NCBI GenBank assembly: GCA_010093705.1
Contig: MU006098.1
Coordinates: 355,981-419,980 of the forward strand
Origin: Patellaria atrata CBS 101060
Lineage: Eukaryota
Direction of reading: 5' to 3'
DNA length: 64,000 bases
This document shows, in pieces, positions 36,024 through 49,332 of the stretch. A program made the position numbers and the translations under genes. The notes under the pieces are model-generated. The model ran no database searches. It had not been told where the DNA came from and saw only the letters and a list, made by a program, of their open reading frames with translations. Within the stretch, counting starts at the first letter, position 1. Each line of letters opens with the position of its first letter.

Positions 36024-37376
36024 TTTATGTAATTCTATAGTTCAGGGTGGATTGAATTGTTAAGTCACAAGACGAAACCACCCTTTAAGTTTTGAAAAGC
36101 TAGAATAATCGTGTTCTAGATGTTTTGTAGGTCCTTTACTGATAAACGGCGTTTTGTGCGCGAGTAGTCGACAGTAGCATAGTAGTATTAGTAGCAGTAT
36201 TAGCAGCAGAATTCCTTTGTCTCGCTTCACACTTCTAAGTAGGTCTATCAGCTCACGGTAGCTGACTTCACTGGGTTAGAATCGTAGTGAAGATATGGAA
36301 CTAGTTTCCTGCGGGAACCGCTGGTGTGAAAGTTGGAAGAGGTACAGCACCCTGAGTTTCGGGCTCTCCAAACAAGGTTTCTTTAACCAAATAACCGCAT
36401 CATTTGCCGAAACGTTCCGTTCGAGTATGGCCCAAATGTACAACTGACTCGATATCTTCGTTTTCGTGGGATGTGCGGGGTTCGGCGAAGTACTCAGTAC
36501 GAGGTGGTTGCACAACATGTGGCATCGGGGGGCAAAATATCGCTATTCTGCAAAGTCAACTCGCCTACTCATTAAGTAGAGAGTATCAAACTAAAATGAG
36601 ACTTTTGGTGAACAAATGGAAACTTTCAACGTTGGTATATGTTTGTCGCCACAAATGTATCCTGCAAATTCTGAGAAGAAGCGAATCAATTTTGATTAAT
36701 TTGACACTCAATGTAGGATATCTCTTTTCTAATGATGTGATATCTCAGGGAACATACTATTATTCATACTGTACTCTGTATGTATGAAGACTATCAACGC
36801 AAGCGAAGAGTTCTCTTTGGCTTCAAAGACTGGAGTACGAATCTGCGAGTAGGAATGCGACCTAGAGTGAAAATGTTCTGGGAAAATTTCGACAAAAGGC
36901 CAACGGCTACCAAGAAAGTGAGAGGAGTTCCATAAGGTAGCAAGACGCTATATCCACATCGGTATGCCCAATTGTTTGTAACATGTTAGGGTTGTAGTCT
37001 ACTTTCTGTAGCAAGGTACAGTTACTCCACTCTTACGAGCTAGTGAAGTAAACATGCAATGTCCTGGAAAGGGTGTCAGACCGTAGTGTTATGTGAAAGA
37101 CGCCTAGAAATAAAAATTTCGTACCCTAGTCTTTTTTGATATCGTCTTTTTCCAGGGAGCGTTGGTGATAGACTCCCATATTGTCTAAAGGGTGATGCAC
37201 ATAGAAATCACAGGTTAGACGCGCAGAGACATGTTGATCATCATAACTGCCGAATCTCACCATAGAGAGGGTGGTGATGTAACTGAGATCTTGAAGTGAC
37301 TATATAATATCAGGGTTCTGGGAGGCAAAAGCAGAGCGGCAAGTTACTCACTAGGGCAAAACAGAACTCTGATCAA

Positions 37377-38333
37377 ATGATGGCTTCTGGTGAACCTATT
37401 CAAACAGATCTTTTTCCTCAAGTTAAATCCAATTCGTCGACGGATAGTTGGATACGTTCTTTACTCTATGATGCCAAAACAGTCTGGTTTATCATTGAGA
37501 ATTACCAGAACATTATACTGGTATGGACATTCCTGAGTGGTGTTGGAGCGTTTGCTGGGCCTGCTCTAAGCAATAGAGAGGCTTGCAATATTCACCATCT
37601 CGCTACCCACATCCCATTGTCATTGCTCTGGATGATATTCACGGCTCTTGTCTTCGCCATCAGTAATCAGAGGTCTCCGTCAAGCATTATCGAGGACAAG
37701 ATCAATAAACCGCAGCGACCACTACCATCTGGCCGTATCACGGAGCATGGAATGCGCAGGCTCCTCTGTTACCTTATTCCCGTTACGTATATTCTTACGC
37801 TTTTTATCGGAGGCTCAAACATCTTTCTTTTGAGCGTTGTAACAAGTTGGTTATACAACGAGCTCGGAGCTGGTGACGAGAACTTCTACTCCCGCCAGAT
37901 ACTGAACGGGGTGGGCTTGATAGGATGGCACGCCGGATCCGTGCTCGTTGCGAGTGGAGTTGGTACTGAATTCCATACCAAGGGCATCCAATGGATCTTT
38001 CTGTTGGGAGCCGCAGTTACGTTCACTATCGCCATACAAGATTACAAAGATATGGAAGGGGACATTGCGGTAGGGAAAGTCACCAACCCGATCGTCTGGG
38101 GCATGACGCCGTCCAAGATCTTCTGTGCAGTAATGATGGTCACCTGGGCCTTTATTGCCTGTTGGTTCTGGAATGTCGACTTACTGGTGCTAGCAATATA
38201 CATGGTCATATCCCTAGTCCAAGGTATAAGAGTGGTGGTTGTTCAAGGGAAACGGGCTGAGGCATTGAGTCTCGAGCTCTGGTATGTCTGGCTTCTCATG
38301 TTATGCATTCTTCCCATTTCAACCCGCTTCTGA
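37377..38333 (+). CDS. UbiA-superfamily membrane enzyme, likely UbiA-type terpene cyclase (Fma-TC-like)
   Basis: Intronless 318-aa polytopic protein with NQ..EDKINKPQRPLPSGRI, WLYNELG and QDYKDMEGD motifs. TATA at 37301. Confidence 0.88.
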   Translation: MMASGEPIQTDLFPQVKSNSSTDSWIRSLLYDAKTVWFIIENYQNIILVWTFLSGVGAFAGPALSNREACNIHHLATHIPLSLLWMIFTALVFAISNQRSPSSIIEDKINKPQRPLPSGRITEHGMRRLLCYLIPVTYILTLFIGGSNIFLLSVVTSWLYNELGAGDENFYSRQILNGVGLIGWHAGSVLVASGVGTEFHTKGIQWIFLLGAAVTFTIAIQDYKDMEGDIAVGKVTNPIVWGMTPSKIFCAVMMVTWAFIACWFWNVDLLVLAIYMVISLVQGIRVVVVQGKRAEALSLELWYVWLLMLCILPISTRF

Positions 38334-38769
38334 TAGTTTCATTTGGGGGAGGATTCATAATGGATATACCACTGTACACAGAAATTCGTTGTATTGGAGA
38401 TCACGGAGATGCCGTACAGTATTGGGATGGAGGCTCGATGGGAACTATACTATATATAGCTTAGTTCTTAAGACTAGTTCTCAGCCTCAACATCTCCCAC
38501 AAAGTACTCCGAAAAGTGAAGGAACCCCTAACATAGCTTCGGGAAGCATTGCTACCTGATAAGATATATATCTAAGTGTATAGTGCTATTAGATATAACT
38601 ACAGGCGTAATAGAACTAATGCAAACAGTAAGCTACCTTAACCATATTTCCTTATCCCATTGGATCATTACAAGAACAACTCACGTCAACTACCTCTACC
38701 GAACTACACCACTGCTCACCTTCTTCAGAACGCTACTGTTTAGCAGACTCCCTCATTGCAAGTAGGAAG

Positions 38770-40019
38770 ATGCGTATCCTCCTAGGTCTGCCCACTGAAC
38801 TGCTCGTTATCATCGTCTCCAACCTCACACACCACCTCCCCACTCTCATCTCCCTTCTACATACCTGCAAAATTCTCTCCACAATCACGGAGACGGCCCT
38901 CTACCAAACATTTCATCTCTCTTGGGACTCCCAACTCGACCCCGCCCGCACCAAGGCCCGCGCTCGCCGTCGAGAAGGGCCCTATCTCATCCTCCCACGT
39001 TTCGTCCTCGCCCTCCTACGGTCCCCAGAAAAAGCGCGTCTGGTTCATCACATTGACATGCAAGGGCCTGTGCCATTTGAGTTGTTGGGGGAGGCAGAAA
39101 AGCCGCAGAGACGGAGGCGGAGTGGCTACCGCTTGTCAAGGTCATCGAGAAATACTCAATTCCAACATACTCCTTGACCTTGGATCTAATGCGCGGAAGC
39201 AGGAGCGCAGAATTTCTAGTGCTCTTGCTTTTGTGCGAGAACTTAGTCGAGCTGAATGTTCCAGCACCGATGAAAGTAGGCGATGGGGTGTGGGCACCGA
39301 GGATCGATTTGTTGCTTGGCCCCGACGCTCCTTTACATGCAAAAACATTCCATGGCTTTAAGAAGCTGAGGCGTATCTCGCTCAGGGGCGATAATAGAGG
39401 TCACCGTCTCGGCCAGGGCAGCGTATCACTATCACATCTGACATGGATGCTACGGCTTCCGCAACTGCGCCATTTTGAGGTTGTCGGTGCGGATCTGTGG
39501 AAAGATCATATGCATGATACTGAAACAGTCGTGTCCTACGATAATCACGGCCTCGATCTTGTTACATTTTATCAGTACCCTGACATAATTCCCAAATCCT
39601 CAAGTATAGAAACGCTAGTCTTCGAGGAATGCTCCCTTCCGTGCCTTACGCTCGCTCAGCTTATCCAGGCTTGCACATCCCTTAAGTCTTTTACAGTCCG
39701 CTGGCCAGGTTCTAAAGCGCCGCAGTACTATAGTCCATGGTTTCCGGATCTATATTCTGCGCTTGTGGAGCACGGAGGCTCTCTAGAACGGCTGGTGCTG
39801 GATGTGCGGAACACAGTTTTATGGAATTGGGATTCCTGGGACCGGGCACATTGCAAGTCAATTATGGAGGTTGCGGATAAGCTGAGTCCCATTGGGTGCT
39901 TGAGGCCTTTGGAGAGACTTGAGTATCTAGAGATATCAACAATTATACTTGGTAATCATGGAGACTTTTCAACGGCTCTCCCGTCTGGTCTGAAGAAGGC
40001 AGTGATATTAGAGTATTAG
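38770..40019 (+). CDS. F-box/leucine-rich-repeat protein with one-base frameshift near 39087-39101
   Basis: F-box LLGLPTELLVIIVSNL. Adding one base in the G5 or A4 run joins it to the LRR-like frame (LRRISL, LRHFEV, LKSFTV, LERLVL, LEYLEI). Confidence 0.75.
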
Positions 40020-40812
40020 GCAAGTACGTCCTTGTATTTGTATAAGTGATGATGGATGCTTGACCAAGGTACGGTATAAAGATATCTCAGTACAAAGGCG
40101 AATCCTTACAATAAAGGGGGCTCTGAAGTTACTAGACGTCCTGTCATACAGACTGTACGATTACTCCTAGCATTTCCAACCAAGGGTAACTTTGGGACAA
40201 AATGTTGGAAGCATTTAGATGATCGCCTCAAGTGTATACATTCACAGTACCGATTATATTCATGCAGGTAAAAGTTCCATTGCCCTACCATGATCCATGA
40301 GCGCTTCTCCTAGCTTGGTCCGTGTGGTCTCTAAAGGGCTTTGGTCCTTAATGCGAAACGAATAGCTCGCGCCGGTTGAGCAGATTGCTTGAGTCGATTT
40401 AGATTAGACTTGCTAGCCAAACTGTACAACGAAAGCAAATTGTATAAACTGACCCAGATTTTACAGTACAGTGCAAACTACCCCAAACTGTAAAGTTTGA
40501 CTGGACGAACAAGCTGGCGGGACTGTACCAAATGAGCCTATTTCGCAGGACTGACCAGGTGGAATGAATTGAATAGGTTGTATTAGGCGATGAGAGTACG
40601 AAATGAGGAGCCTGTATATCATAACCCACGGGTGCCCAAAAGCTTGAACTGTGGCAAAGGTAGACGTATACGAAAATCTTCGAGTTTGAAAGCATACCAC
40701 TGAATGTGCAGCAAGCTTATAGAAAGAAGAACACGCTAGGGGTAGGGAGAGAACATAGTCGTATTCCAGTACCTACAGTGATGATATATGATACACCTAA
40801 GTCATCCATATA

Positions 40813-42156
40813 CTACTTCCCTCGCTCCAACAACTTCACAAGAGTTTCTAGCACTAGATCCGCCTTCTCACTACACCTAACAGCAAACCTACCCGTATTA
40901 GCTGGTGGTACATTTGCGAAGAAGGTCTCCTCGCCCCTCACACCACCTAAATTAACGATTCCAACCGGCATGCCGTTCTCTGTTGCTCTTTTCACAAGCC
41001 TCCACGCAGAATAGGTCGCCAAGCTGCTCCCCACCACTAATATCCGACTTGACTCATCAACAGCGCTTTCCGCCGCCGTCTTGACAAGAGTTGGAATATT
41101 CTCCCCAAACATGACCACTGCCGGCTTCAGTATACCCCCTGTAGAGGTCGTTGCCCAGGCTCCATCCAGATCGATGTCTACCCTTATTGAGTTCCCATTC
41201 ACACCAACAGGTGAATTCTGAAGACATACAGGACACGCCGGATACCTAAAGGTGCTATACGGCGCGTTCGGGATATCCACGTCGCCATCGGGGTTCGTCT
41301 TTAGCCCCTTCTTTTTCCGTTCTTCGGGGTTCTCAGTGGTGAGGGCGCCGCTTGCGAGCATTTCGGCCAGGAACTCGGCCCAGGTAGGGTTGAGCCGGGA
41401 GAGTTCGGTTTGGAACTGGGAACGCGGGTATTCGGAGCGGCAGGTGAGGCAGATGAGGGAGCGGAGATAGCCATGCAGTTCGATTGTAGGAACGGAGGGA
41501 TGGGTGAGGGGGTGGAAAGAGTCAACGTCTAGAGATAGATAGGTCAGTTGTAATGTCTACAAGACCGCATTGTTCAAGTTCAGGAACTACGGTATGTATA
41601 TTATCCTACAGAGTTCCGATACCCTCGGAGGCTCGTTGCTCGGTTGCGACTTTTGATATTAGTCACCTTATCCCAATTGGCACTTAATACAGGTTTATGA
41701 ATGCATACTCTAAGTCAATAGAAATCTCAACCTACTCTGCGTGATCACCTTACTGACCCATCCCCGCTCTCCTAACATCCCTACAGCATGGTGTGCTCTA
41801 TTCGGCCTCGCCCTCTCTAAATTGGTCCATCCCAGGAAACTCCTCGCCCAATATCTCTTCCTCGCCTCATGATCATTTGTGAATTCGTGAAAGTATATTG
41901 GACGATATGTCTTATTCAGCGTATAAGTGCCATTGGTACCTCTATAATCAGCCAGTCCTGATGCCACACTAATCCCCGCTCCTGTCAAGAGTACAGTCTT
42001 GTCACCATCCTTCCCACGACTCTTTAACTGGTGAGATGGCGGTGCAGTAAAGAAATTATACAACGCCGCAACAGCGCCAGTGAGTGTATTCGCATTGCGG
42101 GGAATAATAGTCGGAAGCGGTAGCGGGGAGGTGTAAGGTACGCGCATTAACCCCAT
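40813..42156 (-). CDS. Sir2-family NAD-dependent deacylase, class II (SIRT4-like); intron 41529-41735
   Basis: LTGAGISVASGLADYRG, RKRYWARSFLGW, ITQ|NVDSFH, ELHG..CLTC..CPVC, LKPAVVMFGE, VGSSL, VNLG. Confidence 0.93.
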
Positions 42157-42696
42157 TCTTTAAGGGCGGGATGAGATACAGTTGAGGGACTAGACATGAT
42201 GGTGTTGGTGTTTGAGGATGGGGCGGATCGAAGATGGGAGAAGAGACGGCTTTGGGTGAGCGTCATGGCTGGCGGGCGGTTGTGCCAAGGGACAGGGCTG
42301 GATCGAGCCGATACTCTGGATAGAGGTTCAACGCGTCGCGTCGCGCCCTCCTGGGCGCAATGTGGTCCCGACGGACGGGTATGGGACGGGTGGTGTAGCG
42401 GATGCTTGATTGTGTCAGATTCAGTAATGTAAAATATGAAATGTTCATTTAGTACTTGATTAATGGAAAGAGATCTTTAGTCGTTAACTGCGCCTATTCT
42501 ACCTTACAATGCGAATTACAGAATGCCAACCCTCCCTACCGTTGATTTTACAGAAAATAATGAAGACTAAAACTACAATGAAGGGAATTCGTGCGTTATT
42601 CATGGACATTAATGCTTCATTCCGGCCCAGACGATGTTTCCCCCGGACTCCAGACACCAACAAAACTCTCTGCGTTATTTCATTCGCTTCGTAATT

Positions 42697-43366
42697 TTAT
42701 GCCGAAGGACCGGCTGCGGGAGATGGAGAGAGCATAGATTGTATGCTAAGTCCTCCACGTGGATGAGGTGCGTTGTCATTACTCGAATGACGATGCCGCG
42801 AACCACCATCATCTATCTCGTTCTCAGCATCCGAACAACCGATGCCGCTGTCGCCCTCATCCATACCTCGCTTCCTTTGTGCCGACCGATTTGCTGATTG
42901 GAGGTTCTTCAATCCCTTTTCCATACACTATGTATTGTCAGATCGTTTGAAACCGTAGCGGTATGGCGCGCACCGCAGGGCTGTACTGCGCACGTACCTT
43001 TTGCTCCACCATTGTCCACTTCTCACCAAGTCGAGTCGCAAGGATGCTCCACATCTCGCGACGGACTTCCATATATACCGACGCGAGTGTCTCCAGCTTG
43101 AGTCCATCCCAGTCTTCAGCGTTGCGCCGCTCCATCAGTCGCTCATGGCGCTTTCGACATGCGTTGGCGGTCTTTGCAGGAAAGTGTTTTGAGGCTATCG
43201 GTTGCCAATTGAGGCCCGCTGAGCGGGCAGCCAGGAGTATCTCATCATCTTGCGCGGACCATGTCGTAGCGCCCCGACTATGTGTCGACGAGGAGGGAAG
43301 TTGTTGAGGGACGCCGATAGGATTGGCCCGGTAATGGATTGTCGAGGGTTTGATGTCTTTGGGCAT
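42697..43366 (-). CDS. Myb/SANT-like DNA-binding protein, one intron near 42930-42997
   Basis: WSAQDDEILL..GLNWQPIASKHFPAKTANACRKRHERL, then EKWTMVEQK|CMEKGLKNL. Confidence 0.9.
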
Positions 43367-46300
43367 AACGTGACAGTGCCGTAGTCAGATCTGTGCGAAA
43401 AAGAAATATATGAAATAAAGACTGAAGTTGTATGAAAAAGCTTTTGACTTCGGCGTTGGGCGAGGAGCCGAGTATTAGATTAAGTACGGAGATGATGATC
43501 AAACTAGAATGAGACCAACACAGATGACTTAAGGAAATAAAAAGGAAGAAAAATGAAAATGGAGCTTCTTATATCGTGTCTCAGTAGGTTTCTGAAGGCA
43601 TGAACGAGACCGTAAGGTCATACTTTATAATCCATCATGCCAGGCCGTGACAACAAACATACGAATGGCCAGGGCTCCAATGACCTTCAAGTTTGAGATC
43701 CATGAAACAATTCTTAGTTTCTTTAATCGCCCAAGAGGCTCTGACGATCTGGAAAAGGAAAAAAGGATCCGTCTGAAACGAGACAGAAGGGGTTCGCGCT
43801 ACTGGGCGCCTTCATGGAATCAGGACGTCCTCGTTCGTTGGATTGTACGCCTACTATGTGGATTATGGGGGAAATAAGCTTAAAAGGCTTCTAAAACGGT
43901 CTGTGGAATAGGGCGCCAGTTTCGAGCTATTTAGGGGTCATTTGCGCCATTCTGTTCTATGAATATAGGAAAGCAGGCGCGTAAACATGGCGTCAGCGGC
44001 TACCTCAAAGAATGATGAATTCTTAGTGGTGGAAGTATGAGGCTCTGCCTTCGGGTGAATGAATAGCCGTGCTATGTGTTTGGAAAACTATAATCGGTTC
44101 GCATTATGGCTGTTCTTTGGGAATTGCGAATTGCAGTCTGGCCTGAAAGTGTCTTGAATGTGCGCGGAGGGGAGGTTCATGCTAGGGCTGGGCGACCCTG
44201 AGGTCAACGTATAACAAACCTGTCGCATGAACCCAACTACCGGCCATGGTAGAGTCGACGCAACAAAGTCTCTGAGTCGGCTGATTTCATAGCAAAAAGC
44301 GCATTTCGCGGACACAACAAAGTTGATGAGTGAGCGTCAAAAGGCTGGATCGATCGGTAAGTACTGTAGTTCTAGAGAAGAGTTTTGCGAAGGAGAGACG
44401 TTGAGATTAACAACCGCTAGGAAGAATAGGGACCAGACGGGGCCACTTCCCCGCCGTAGCCAAGGGGACCCTACCCGTGCCTATCCAGCTTCCGTTCACT
44501 CTCATCAATATGAATAATGGCGAGATTTGTAACATCCCATCTTCATCAAAACGGGCCTTTACTACCCTAAGCATGAGCCATTGAGACCGACGATATTCTG
44601 CTGAGATACAGTACCGATGACTTTACTTAATTCAGCACGCCTTTACCTGAGCTCCAATCTTTAAGATTAGCCATCAGTTTGTGACAACGACTGCCAATAT
44701 CCACCAGTTCTTGGGACCTCAAAGTTGTCGTACTCCGTACAGGAGACTCGTTTGAAGCATAGGGACGCGTATACGGAGGAGCTGCTAAAATGCCGAAAAA
44801 ATTGCATCACATGTCTGCCTGATCGACGGTTTACGTAGACATCTCACGCCTAACTTCATCATCCCACATCGCATCGGTGTCAGAGTTCACAGAAGACATA
44901 TGGCATGTTAAGCAGCCCTTAGAAGGCAATTCCGGAAAATCGAGTCTGTCACTTGTCAGCTACTGCAAAGAGATTCCCCTCAAACGAAAGGGCAATCCCT
45001 TCACAGAAAGTCCTCGCCTGCGATTGAATCCCCTTCGAAGAGGCTGAAACTGGTATTTCTAGGAATGCACTCGTAGGACTTTGCGCCCCATTCGAGTGCC
45101 GGAATCTGTAACATCACTTCTTCTGTTGTATTGCAACAATCAGGCGGAAATTCTTATGGACGTGGAACTGCCACCCGCTCCCTTTTGATATCTTGGGCTT
45201 CACGGCGTTTTCAGGTCCTAGAAAGTCCGCTTCAGCGTGTCCAATTATGCCTAATAGGTAATCGAACGACGCAAATATAGTCCAAGGGTCCGTAAGCAAG
45301 CCCCGGATCGTCACGGGCCTTCCGAACCGAATGTTAAGTGGCCGGGGACAGTTCCACACCGCGAAGAAGGCAAAGTATATAGAAGCTAAGGTACACTGTA
45401 CACCCTTATTACTTTTCATACGTCCAATAGAAAACTGCTACTGATCATTTAGCGGGCAGTAGAAGGCTCATCTACTTGGGACTAACCCACACCGGTGTCC
45501 GGAGAAAAGGCAATGTACTCATGAACGGCTGCAAGTACCGACTAGAGCTATAAGCGTTTTGGAACCGCACATGTTCAAGGGTATTGAGCCAGATTATTGG
45601 TATTGTACTGTACAATAATCATACAAGTACTGTACGAGCTATGTGACGTTGAGAACTTTAGAACCCAGCTTCGAAGGATTCACAGATCTAGTAACGTCTG
45701 AGCTTTATATTACGGAAGCAGTTCCTAGCAATTTGTATCATCAATATTGATGTCGGTGAGAGCGAACCTTGAACCTCACATTTAATCTCTGTTCTTGACC
45801 GCAGTTTCTTTTTTATCTATCTATCAACTAAAATTTGTTGTTCTAGCTCGCCACAACTCGTTAATCGCACAGCCGACATGTTATAGTTGGAGCGTATCGT
45901 ATGCAGCCTAAGAAGAATGGCTGGTTCCTTCATGGCCTCGCCGGTTCTGCTCTGCTGTACGGTCCGCAAGGAACCCAATGATAGACACGCTCCTCTCAGC
46001 CCTGCAGCGAAGCCCCAGTAAGGTGTTTACTTGGGATTTACTTGGGATTCTTCTGCTGATGTCCTTACTTGTCCTCACTTATCCTCCCTGCATTGTCTCG
46101 CTGGATTTCGCAAAGTCGATGCGAATCCCATGCGCGTCTCACTGCGGGGCAGCATCACAACCAATTGATTTCATGCACCTTCGCTGAATAAATTGTTCAT
46201 TACTTCGGCCGATATCAGGTCTGCGAAACCTTCTTCAGCCATCTTACGCCCAACCGGGAGTATGGTCCACTCTAATCCACCGCTTTCAGCTCTTGCTCAA

Positions 46301-46601
46301 CCTGAGCTGCCGGCAGCCCGCATATGACAGTTTACAACCCACACAGCCCGTCACTGGTACGTGACAAGCTAAAGATTTGTTATCTGTGTGACAGTAAGCA
46401 AATCTACTGAGTACCTCAATACTCAACATGGCCTTGCGGGGGTTCCTCATAATAAGCATGCATGGCTGGTTCCTCGCGCATCCTCTCCCGTCCTCACCCG
46501 CTCTCAAGTCCATGTCAGTGTCTTCTCTGCCAGAACGAAATTCGCATTCAGCGAGCTCAATGGTAACAATAAGAAGAGAAAATATGACCACGTAAATAGC
46601 A

Positions 46602-48528
46602 ATGGATCGCGAGACATGGACAAGCGATAGTACCGTCTCTCCCCCACCACCCTTTGAGTAAGTAACCGTTCAAAGCGCTCATGTCGTAAAGAAAGTGCGC
46701 TTTGTAGCAGAATATTTCATCATATCCAAGGCATAAAAACAACGTCTCTTGTCAAGCTACGCTATTTCATACCAATTCTCAAACATAGTCTAATTTTTCC
46801 GTTATAGACAACATCCCGCCTACGTTAATGCGTTTGAGAATGATGAAAATTCAGCTCCTGAGGTCTTTCAGACCTACAATCACCAAACCCCACCGGAGAA
46901 GAGCAACGTCTCCCCAGTATTAGCCAGTGACGAACCCTCCGAAGTACATTCGCCAGGTCTAGAATCAGTATTTGGTCATCCCGCTGATAAAGAAGTTGTC
47001 AACAACCGCGATCTACCTCCCCCACCGGTTGAACCGTCCACCGCTAGCTCGAGTAAGAGTAGGATATTTGGGTTTAGAAGAAAATATTTCATTGCTGTTT
47101 TTATCATTGTATTGATAGTTGTAATCGCGTTGGGTGTTGGCCTTGGGGTTGGACTAGGAACGAGAGACCATTCGTAAGTGCTCACCCTATTCATTTTCTG
47201 AAACGTCCTTACACTTACTGCAGGAGTTCACCAAAACCAACACCCTCCTCAGTGACGCCTGCTGGCCCAGTCATCACCGGTGATCCTGATTATACCATCG
47301 GTGGGTCACTGAGCGCAGCCTATTATTCCAATGAAGGTGCTTTCAATGGATCAGGGATCGCACTGGCATCTCAATCATTTGCCACGGACGAATACGGGAG
47401 TATGGTAATGTACTATCAAAATTATAACGGTCAAATTCGATGGCAAAGATTGAATAGAGGTGGAGATTGGGTTGGTGGAACGCTTTCCGAGGTCGTTGCA
47501 TCCGATGCTAAGAATGGAACTCCCATCTCGGCTGTTGCATATACAATGAATGACACCTCGATTGTAGGTTGAAACTTTTTTGACACCTTAATGCTCATCT
47601 AATCGGCCATAGTGGCATATATTCTACATCAACGAACAGAACCTTATCCGTCAAAAGAGTAATAGCAATGCAACAAACTTTTGGGCAGACGGGGAACTGA
47701 ACAAACTCAATCTTACTGCATTTGACTCTCCTTCCGTAGGTCTACAGGCTTGTTGGTACGGAAATTTCTACGGCGATTCCGACTACACCCACAGTCCTGT
47801 CCCAGAGACTGGATCCGGGTCCGATAACTCCCAGAACGAATATGGTATGCACTTGTGGTATGCTGTTAACGAGACATCATTCAAGCAATACGGCTGGCGC
47901 GATGGCGACGAAGACTGGGCTTTCCAGGATGATTGGGCCAATAAGAACGGTCATGCCGGTGTGGGCTGCTACTCCTGGGGCCCTGGCACGATCACCTATA
48001 CTATGATGGTTAACCTGGAGAACGAACTCGAAGTGTGGTGGAAAGACACAAATACTAGTCTTCCGGAGTCTGATAGCCACCCTATCAACTCCTGGACAAA
48101 AAGTATGTTTACAATCACACCAAGATAGCACAAACTATAGGTTCGCTGAATTCTTTTTGTCCGCCCGACTAATCAAAATATCAGGCAATGTAGTTATCCC
48201 TAACATCCACCCTTCCTCCTCTCTAGGCTACACCGACTTCCTCTACGCCCAAATAGAGGATTCCTATCAAATTCGCGGGTGGAACGTTTCCTGGGATGCA
48301 GAAAACTCCACCATTATCTCTCGGCAGAACCTAACAGTAGGTAATGGCGACGAGGACCAGGCTGGTTTACCTGGGACGCACTTCAGCGTCAGTACTCTGC
48401 CAGATAATAGTGGAGGTTTCAGTTTAGTGGTGTTCTATCAGAAAGAGGGAAGCGATATCACCGAGATGATGAGAGATAGAGATAATGGGCAGTGGTTTGA
48501 AACTGATTTGCCGATTCCAGATGAGTAG
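46602..48528 (+). CDS. Type II membrane protein with fungal fucose-specific-lectin-like beta-propeller, 5 exons
   Basis: Exons about 46602-46657, 46808-47173, 47225-47563, 47612-48102, 48185-48528. TM IFGFRRKYFIAVFIIVLIVVIALGVGLGVGLG; blade motifs GSGIAL..MYYQ..GQIR, AKNGTPISAV..WHIFY, VVFYQ..DITE..GQW. Confidence 0.85.
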
Positions 48529-49332
48529 AGTTTGGGTGAAAAGGCTGAGAGGAATTCGGTAAGGAGTTTTGCGCAGGGTGGATTTAACGAGTGATGAACC
48601 TTCATTTCTATATAAGCGATATCGTAACGCTATGCAATTACTCGTCATACCTATTAAGGGTAATCTATGTACACCTTATCCCTATCCCCTTTTCCTTCAA
48701 TGTTATGAGTAAGCCATACTGAATATGGCATACAGTAGCTTCTATATTCCATCCTACTCATTATCATAATTGGTCCTGTTCTCCTAATAGAAACCGTTAT
48801 CCAAATTACGTCTCATTGGAGCCAATCATACCTTCATGCCCCTCGTCAGATTTTGAGGAGACAGACACATTGTATATTCATATTACGCTGTATCCTGTCC
48901 ACTCCGCTTCTATTCTATATATTCAATCTGCAAAATTCAGATTGAAAGATTAACAACGTAGCATATGTATTGTGCACACATATCCCATTTTCGTTCCTCG
49001 TCTATTTGCAAAAACACCAACGTAGCTCCTTACTCACCTCTATCGCCTAACTGAGATCTCCCAGAATGCAGTATCAATCGCATTGTGTACTAGTATTGTA
49101 CCTACACATTCCCTATCAGTCTCCCATCAACTTCCGTCTGAATGGAAAAGCTACACCTATTTAAGTCTTCACCAATAGCCTAATCCTTTCTTCCATAATT
49201 CACTCTTATCATTCATCGACATCGAGATTCGTGGATCAATTCTCTAAATATTTAAAAGCATCAACACACTCTCAAAACCCAAACCTAACCTTACACATCT
49301 CTCAACAGATCCAACCTCTTAAACCTTGAAAC

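Noticed and set aside
40399..40700. Two overlapping short minus-strand ORFs
   Set aside because: No signal peptide, domain or splice support.
43400..46600. Short ORFs in the 3.2-kb region between the Myb and lectin genes
   Set aside because: Consistent with a long divergent regulatory region; no coding features.
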